Source of the DNA: a virus
IMG/VR virus record: IMGVR_UViG_3300025070_000024
Location: 16,917 to 80,916 of that record
Reading direction: 5' to 3' (one strand)
DNA: 64,000 nt
A program made the position numbers and the translations under genes. Positions 58,654 to 64,000 of the stretch are shown here, in pieces. Under the pieces are notes generated by a model that saw only the letters and a list, made by a program, of their open reading frames with translations, was not told the DNA's origin and ran no database searches. Numbering within the stretch: the first letter of the stretch is position 1; each line of letters starts with the position of its first letter.

Positions 58654-58668
58654 CAAAAACTTGAAACA

Positions 58669-59046
58669 ATGAGAATATTAGTTACGTTTATTTTTTTGGT
58701 ACTACTATCGTCCTGCTCACTGCAGCACATAAACCGAGCGCCTTGCCCAGCTTATGTGGAGAACGCTGTGCCTGCAGGGACATATGATTACAATGGTCCT
58801 TATGAGTGTGGAGTTTGGTATGAAAACCGATACTGTTGGGTATGGTCCTCTACAAATAAAGACGATGCCTTAGATCTGTGGAACAGAATTACTGGCAGAC
58901 CTATGTATTTTGAAATACAGGGTAGCTTTCGATATTCTGTAACAGCCAAGGACGGATTTAAATACTACTTTTGGAGATACGAATCTACAGAGTATATAGT
59001 TACTGCTGAGCGTCCTCGAAAAGACTGGAATACAGTACCCATATGA
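58669..59046 (+). CDS. Predicted lipoprotein
   Basis: MRILVTFIFLVLLSSC signal peptide and lipobox; ATG 58669. Confidence 0.65.
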   Translation: MRILVTFIFLVLLSSCSLQHINRAPCPAYVENAVPAGTYDYNGPYECGVWYENRYCWVWSSTNKDDALDLWNRITGRPMYFEIQGSFRYSVTAKDGFKYYFWRYESTEYIVTAERPRKDWNTVPI

Positions 59047-59336
59047 GCTTCAATAGACTGCTAGCATATACCTGTTTAGCCTTAATAGGGATTATGATTC
59101 TTGGGGCTTTGATTGGATGTGAATGTGTCGATCAAAACTACAGGACTGCACCCTGTGATATTTACAAGATTGTAAACGATTCTACGTTAGAATTCGTAGA
59201 GCAGAGGTGGGTACAAGAAAATTGTGGATGCGATGATTTACTACAGAGGTTTGAGCTAATGTCACAAGATCCCTCTACGTGTATTATCTGTGAACACCCT
59301 TATGGTAAATGCCCTCTTTACAGCAGTTGCAACTAG
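59043..59336 (+). CDS. Cys-rich secreted/lipoprotein-like protein
   Basis: Hydrophobic N-terminus ending LIGC; many Cys. Confidence 0.55.
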   Translation: MSFNRLLAYTCLALIGIMILGALIGCECVDQNYRTAPCDIYKIVNDSTLEFVEQRWVQENCGCDDLLQRFELMSQDPSTCIICEHPYGKCPLYSSCN

Positions 59337-59349
59337 AGGATATATAAAT

Positions 59350-59381
59350 AAAAAAGAGAGCTTATTTCAGCTCTCTTTTTT
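59350..59381. terminator. Bidirectional intrinsic terminator
   Basis: AAAAAAGAGAGCT-TATTTC-AGCTCTCTTTTTT near the convergence of the two gene blocks. Confidence 0.8.
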
Positions 59382-59382
59382 C

Positions 59383-59455
59383 GCGCTTGTAGCTCAGTGG
59401 TTAGAGCATCCGACTCATAATCGGCAGGTCGTAGGTTCAAGTCCTACCAGGCGCA
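59383..59455 (+). tRNA. tRNA with CAT anticodon (probably Ile2/lysidine type; Met possible)
   Basis: GCGCTTG/CAGGCGC acceptor; CCGA-CTCATAA-TCGG; GTAGG-TTCAAGT-CCTAC. Confidence 0.88.
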
Positions 59456-59456
59456 C

Positions 59457-59627
59457 TTAATCTGTAGGTGTCTTACGACGATCAGGAATAATCGCACTTA
59501 TCAGTGTATCAAGATATCCAAATATCTGATTGTCCTTCTCCGTTGGAGTTAAGTTCACAATAATCTTCAGAAATGCCAGCAGACCAATAATCAGTTCTGC
59601 AAGGTTCTCAGTAATAAAGTCTAACAT
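59457..59627 (-). CDS. Small membrane protein (holin-like, 56 aa)
   Basis: Read manually: MLDFITENLAELIIGLLAFLKIIVNLTPTEKDN...; TACATTTA element 4 nt upstream. Confidence 0.65.
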   Translation of the reverse strand: MLDFITENLAELIIGLLAFLKIIVNLTPTEKDNQIFGYLDTLISAIIPDRRKTPTD

Positions 59628-59650
59628 AGTATAAATGTAAGTGATTAAAA

Positions 59651-59779
59651 TTAACGGCCTTGACCACGGTACTGTTTCTGGTAGTTCTTACTACTCTTAT
59701 TAGAACTCTGCTTAGTCTTTGCGGTAATCCCTGGACGCTTATTGCGTGAGGGTTGATAGTTGGAACTTTGGTTCTTCAT
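59651..59779 (-). CDS. Small basic protein ending YRGQGR
   Basis: Likely ATG 59779 within track ORF 59651..59950. Confidence 0.6.
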   Translation of the reverse strand: MKNQSSNYQPSRNKRPGITAKTKQSSNKSSKNYQKQYRGQGR

Positions 59780-59792
59780 ATAATGTTTTTTT

Positions 59793-62700
59793 TTACTGTG
59801 GCTTTGTAGAGATGTTGTACTCCATACGCTGCAATGCATTTCCAGCAGGGAATAACTTTCCTCCATGATGCAGCAGGCGTGACCTTCCTGCATATACACC
59901 TGTCGGAATAGTCGCGTCTCCTGCCATCGTCTGCATAGTAGCTTCTGCAAACTTAAACAAGTCTCCTAAAGTTTCCGTAGTAGGCATTCCTTTTGTGACT
60001 TCCTGATAGCTTCTAGGATTGTAGAAGTAACTAAGGTCATTCTTTAATCTATCTGCGATGTTCATCAAGAAAATGAGCATGCCCTTTGCATCGTCATCTT
60101 CTTCATCATCTAAAGCGACCTTAAAGAAAGCAGCCATCATCATTAAGGACATGTACTGATACAACTTAGCATATGCTTTTCGAGCATTCTCTTCAGTAAC
60201 AGGGTTAGAGAAATCTAACTCCGCATGCCTACGGTATATAGGAATCAACATCTTAGGCAGCTGCGCAAACCATTTGCCTTTCTCTCCCCATATAGAGGGT
60301 ATCATACCCTGCACTTCTCGCTCTAAATGCAAATCATAGATTTTACCTTGGGCTTCTTGAGCAAAACCTTCTGGAACCCAGCTCTTAAATTGCATAAGAG
60401 CCGGACCTAACATAGTCTGTTTCAAGGCAATAGGACTTTGAGGGTCGTAGTTGCCATGAATGTTCATGTTAATTTGGTTGATCTTATTGGTCAGCTTAGT
60501 CCATTCTTTTTCTCCTGGCTTAAAGCCTTCTGCTTGAATAACACCCTTACCATCCATTAACTCCCAAGCATTGCTCTCGCCAATTTTAGTCCCAAGCAAA
60601 GCAGCGATAGTAGCGTGACCATACGTGAAATACTCTGAGCTACGTTGCAGTTCATATACGCCAAAGGCTTTAACAATCTGATCAAACGTAGTCTCGTCGT
60701 CAAGCGGATCATATCGAACCTCCGTAAAGTCTTTCAATACATCAAGACGCAGCATCATGTTCTGAATCTTCTTTGCTGTTTCTGTTTCAGACAACCCAGA
60801 CCTAAGTGTAGCCGTATGCAAAGACATGTGGAGCATAGTTCTAAACGCCTTATCTGCATCACGCTCATCGAAGTCTGTTCTCCTAGCAGCGTGTTGATAC
60901 ACAGCCATCGAGCCAAAGATGTAGTTTGTGAATGCAGCAGGTACGTTCCAACCCATACCACGAGCTTGAGTAAACTTAGTTAGACCTCTGAGAACCTTTC
61001 CTAAATCAACTTTACTGCCTATAGCATTTATCTTGTCTATAACGGGGTCTACAATCTCAATATGCTGCTCCTCAGTTATCCGACCATTCTCTAATCTTTC
61101 ATCTGCTTCTTTTATTATTTCTTCTAGCTCTTTCTTTTTTTGCTTTTCCTCAAGTGTACGAGCGCGTTTTGCACCTACTAAGTACTTCTCGTTCATCTGC
61201 TTAGATTGACCATAAAACTCTCTAATGCTTGCGCTAGCCGCCTTCGTTATGTTTTGTCTAGCATCGCCACTCTCTCGTACATAAGCTAATCCTGTAAGCT
61301 TATTGATTCTCTTTTCTCCCTTACCATTCGTAACAGAGACTCCAACATTATTCAAAGTTGTTTCGGTAATCCTTACAATATCCTCTACCTCATTCTTTGC
61401 CTTATAAGTAGTTGCCATCATGGTAAACTTCTTATACACTTTGTCCATATTGAACTCTTGCTCTTTCAATTCAGTAAACCTCTTCATGAAGTGAACAGGT
61501 ATGTCTCTTCGGAACTCTCCGGTTACAGGATCAATCAGCCGAGCCTCTAACTCTTCATCATTACTTGTAATACTTTCGACAAATCGACTGTGCTGTTTTA
61601 AGACTACTTGCTTAGGACTGATGCTATCCATAGCCATCTTCTTCCTGATAGCAGGTAAAAACAATCCCTGCTCTACAGCATGAATGTTTTCTGCGTAAGT
61701 GTCCAGCGGCAAGCTTGCCATCATCTCCTTAAACTGGGACCGCAAAAAGTTGTAGTACGCTAACGCATCATCTTCCCTTTGCAGATCTTCAAACCTTTCA
61801 TCTAAGAACCCAGTCTCTTTACCCACTACTTTAGGTAGAGGCATATGATACAAAAATTGGTTTTTAGCATTAGCCGGACGCAGCTCTTTGCCACTAAAGT
61901 ATTTATAGTGAGCAGCAGGACTGTTCAAGTTTACCCAAGCAATCTTCTGTGCTTTGCGACTTTCTTTAGCATCTTCGCCTGTCGTATTCATATCGATGAC
62001 ATCAAACGCTGCCACCTTAGCATCAGCATAACGATCCATCAACTTGTCCTGTCTAGCTAGAAGCTCTCTAGTACCAACCTTACCAAACTTCTTTTCCAAC
62101 TGAAGCATGTATGCTGGGTCGTCTTTGCGCGTAACCTCTCGAATGTCTAGGTTGTACAAACGCTCCACATCGATACGATCAGTATGTTCAGTAAGCCACT
62201 CGTAATAGTTCTTCCATCCAGACTCACTGTTTTCAGTAAGAGCCACTGTTCTACGCTTATGCTCTTCAAGACTCCACTTGCCGCTTACAGGACTGATAAT
62301 TTTAGGAGTAGGTTTCCCGTCGGCGTCTAGCTCTACCAGTCCCTCCCAACCATGCTTCTTATAGTAGTCAGTTTTCTTAAACGCAGCACTCAGAATTTCA
62401 TAAGCCTCAACACGCGTAGTATAGTCAGTCTTCTGACCGTCATATGCAACCTTAAGAATATCGTCTAAGAAAGAAAGCTCAATCCTACCTTGACGACCAG
62501 CAGACATCAAGTTGGCCTTGAGGAAATTGATAGCCTCCATAGTCTCAAAGCTGTCGTCCGTGATCTGATCTGCTGTAGGACTACCCGCATACAACTGCTT
62601 AGCGTACTTGCGTAATGCCTCACGAAGGATGTCTAAGTAGTCATCTTGCATCGCATTAGCACGACCCACCAAGTCCCTAACTTTTTCTCGGCTCTCACGG

Positions 62701-63998
62701 TTCAACTTAACCTGTTTAGCAAACCTACTGTAAAACGCAAGAGCAGTCTGAGCACTGAGAATACTCGTCATGTAAGCCTTGTTAGGCATCTTACCTGCCA
62801 TACGATACATAACATTGTCGATGTCCTCAAGCTCTCGCTCAACCATCATCAACACAGACTTTGCGGTTACACTATCATCACTTAGTGCTTCTATGTCTGC
62901 CTTCTCTTTAGCTATCCTTCTATCTATACTTTTCAGCGCACTGTTGTTTCCTGCAAACTTTGCTCGTACAGCTTTAAACTCTTCCATACGAATCTTCTTA
63001 TAAGCAATCATAGAATCTACATTCCGAACGTCTCCCTCTTTACGAGGAGTAAACATTCTTTTTTTAGACTCTACTTTACTTTTTTCAGAATTAATAAAAG
63101 GTACCTTGGCACCCAAAGACCTTGCTCTCTTGCTTATTACAGAAGCTCCTATAGCTGAGATTTCTGTAGCAGCATTAGCACCAAAGGTGAGGTTCATTGC
63201 TTCGAGCATATCAGCTGCAAGCTGTAGGATTTTATTCCATACACTAGTACCTCTAGCTTTAGACAATCTCTCCCCAACCTTACTGTCAACTTTTGCTAGC
63301 TGCTCAGCAAAGCGAGCGTTGGACATCGTTTCCGATAGGAGTTCTTTTATATCTGTCAAGCCATAAAACTTGTCTTGATTCTCCTGCTGGGTAAAAAAGT
63401 TGTAGTCGCTTTGGGCATCTGCATCAAAATCAGACAGACTCTTCTTACGGAATTGTATATCCTTAAATACTCTAGTTCCTCTCAAGAACTTTTGGTATTC
63501 GCTAAACTTCAAACCCATTGCAGCTAGACCTTCTGCGCTTGTAAGCTTCCGCCGCAAAGTTTCAAGCTGCTGCACCTGCTGCTTCACACGCGGATCTTTA
63601 CTAGTGACTGCCCACACAGTATATGCGTGAACCAGCTCATGAGTAAACTCTGCATCTGTAATATCCGCACGAACATCGATAGTATGCGTTTTAGAGTTGT
63701 ACGTAGATGGCGCATTCATATTAGACAGAACACGTATCCGTACTTGCTTTTCTTTTGGAATCATAGACTCCATCAGCATAATCTTCTCTAAAACCGCGTT
63801 TAGCTTTGTCCCGTTACGGTTTACAAAAGCTTCTACAGGACTTTCTTTTACAGGTACTACAACTCGAGTCCTAGGAGAAGCAGAGAAGAGACTGCCATCG
63901 CCATCATCGTCAAAATCCATATTATCATAGTCTGCAGCTTCAGTACCTGTAATTAATGAATCTGTAGTTTTGTCCTCACCTTCAGTACCAAAAGCTTT
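59793..63998 (-). CDS. C-terminal part of giant virion protein with zincin motif (possibly RNAP-associated cargo); partial
   Basis: Frame stays open from 63920 to the window edge; FTHELVH (HExxH) near 63627-63641; long helical region; IHGNY...LMQFKSWVPE motif. Confidence 0.7.
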   Translation of the reverse strand, partial: KAFGTEGEDKTTDSLITGTEAADYDNMDFDDDGDGSLFSASPRTRVVVPVKESPVEAFVNRNGTKLNAVLEKIMLMESMIPKEKQVRIRVLSNMNAPSTYNSKTHTIDVRADITDAEFTHELVHAYTVWAVTSKDPRVKQQVQQLETLRRKLTSAEGLAAMGLKFSEYQKFLRGTRVFKDIQFRKKSLSDFDADAQSDYNFFTQQENQDKFYGLTDIKELLSETMSNARFAEQLAKVDSKVGERLSKARGTSVWNKILQLAADMLEAMNLTFGANAATEISAIGASVISKRARSLGAKVPFINSEKSKVESKKRMFTPRKEGDVRNVDSMIAYKKIRMEEFKAVRAKFAGNNSALKSIDRRIAKEKADIEALSDDSVTAKSVLMMVERELEDIDNVMYRMAGKMPNKAYMTSILSAQTALAFYSRFAKQVKLNRESREKVRDLVGRANAMQDDYLDILREALRKYAKQLYAGSPTADQITDDSFETMEAINFLKANLMSAGRQGRIELSFLDDILKVAYDGQKTDYTTRVEAYEILSAAFKKTDYYKKHGWEGLVELDADGKPTPKIISPVSGKWSLEEHKRRTVALTENSESGWKNYYEWLTEHTDRIDVERLYNLDIREVTRKDDPAYMLQLEKKFGKVGTRELLARQDKLMDRYADAKVAAFDVIDMNTTGEDAKESRKAQKIAWVNLNSPAAHYKYFSGKELRPANAKNQFLYHMPLPKVVGKETGFLDERFEDLQREDDALAYYNFLRSQFKEMMASLPLDTYAENIHAVEQGLFLPAIRKKMAMDSISPKQVVLKQHSRFVESITSNDEELEARLIDPVTGEFRRDIPVHFMKRFTELKEQEFNMDKVYKKFTMMATTYKAKNEVEDIVRITETTLNNVGVSVTNGKGEKRINKLTGLAYVRESGDARQNITKAASASIREFYGQSKQMNEKYLVGAKRARTLEEKQKKKELEEIIKEADERLENGRITEEQHIEIVDPVIDKINAIGSKVDLGKVLRGLTKFTQARGMGWNVPAAFTNYIFGSMAVYQHAARRTDFDERDADKAFRTMLHMSLHTATLRSGLSETETAKKIQNMMLRLDVLKDFTEVRYDPLDDETTFDQIVKAFGVYELQRSSEYFTYGHATIAALLGTKIGESNAWELMDGKGVIQAEGFKPGEKEWTKLTNKINQINMNIHGNYDPQSPIALKQTMLGPALMQFKSWVPEGFAQEAQGKIYDLHLEREVQGMIPSIWGEKGKWFAQLPKMLIPIYRRHAELDFSNPVTEENARKAYAKLYQYMSLMMMAAFFKVALDDEEDDDAKGMLIFLMNIADRLKNDLSYFYNPRSYQEVTKGMPTTETLGDLFKFAEATMQTMAGDATIPTGVYAGRSRLLHHGGKLFPAGNALQRMEYNISTKPQ

Positions 63999-64000
63999 TT

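Noticed and set aside
58627-58668. N-terminal extension of the lipoprotein ORF
   Set aside because: Overlaps tRNA-Leu; the signal peptide begins at ATG 58669
1-64000. Stop-codon reassignment (TAG or TGA), known in some crAss-like phages
   Set aside because: Core genes are full length in the standard code, and TAG and TGA terminate tightly packed genes (e.g. TAG at 9629, TGA at 57); no suppressor tRNA seen
1-64000. CRISPR array, diversity-generating retroelement, integrase, intron or intein
   Set aside because: No repeat-spacer array, reverse transcriptase or recombinase motifs seen; TerL, PolA and DnaB appear uninterrupted

Overview
The window is most of a crAss-like (Crassvirales-type) lytic phage genome in the standard genetic code. 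The host is probably an aquatic Bacteroidota, inferred from TAnnTTTG-type promoters and gene content. It has three blocks. (1) 1-37.3 kb, minus strand: late/structural module with TerL, portal, scaffold-like protein, major capsid, ring/tail proteins, several fibres, lysis genes, muzzle-like protein, small basic proteins and a cargo-like protein. (2) 37.4-59.5 kb, plus strand: early and replication module with 2H phosphoesterase, PNK-like kinase, JAB/RadC, PolA, SF2 and DnaB helicases, primase, resolvase, an amidoligase plus GATase-GGCT fusion, a PD-(D/E)XK nuclease, UDG and two tRNAs. (3) 59.8-64 kb, minus strand: C-terminal part of a giant zincin-motif protein that runs off the window edge. 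Most notable observations: a protein-kinase-like domain behind a pre-toxin-like motif inside a probable virion cargo protein; a Tad1-like putative nucleotide sponge near the head of the late operon; a D-arm-less tRNA-like RNA in a hairpin-rich non-coding stretch; a free-standing 43-aa peptide resembling the redox tail of ribonucleotide reductase; an amidoligase/GATase/GGCT module; and a split kinase + 2H RNA end-healing pair. All family assignments come from motif recognition by eye; no searches were run.
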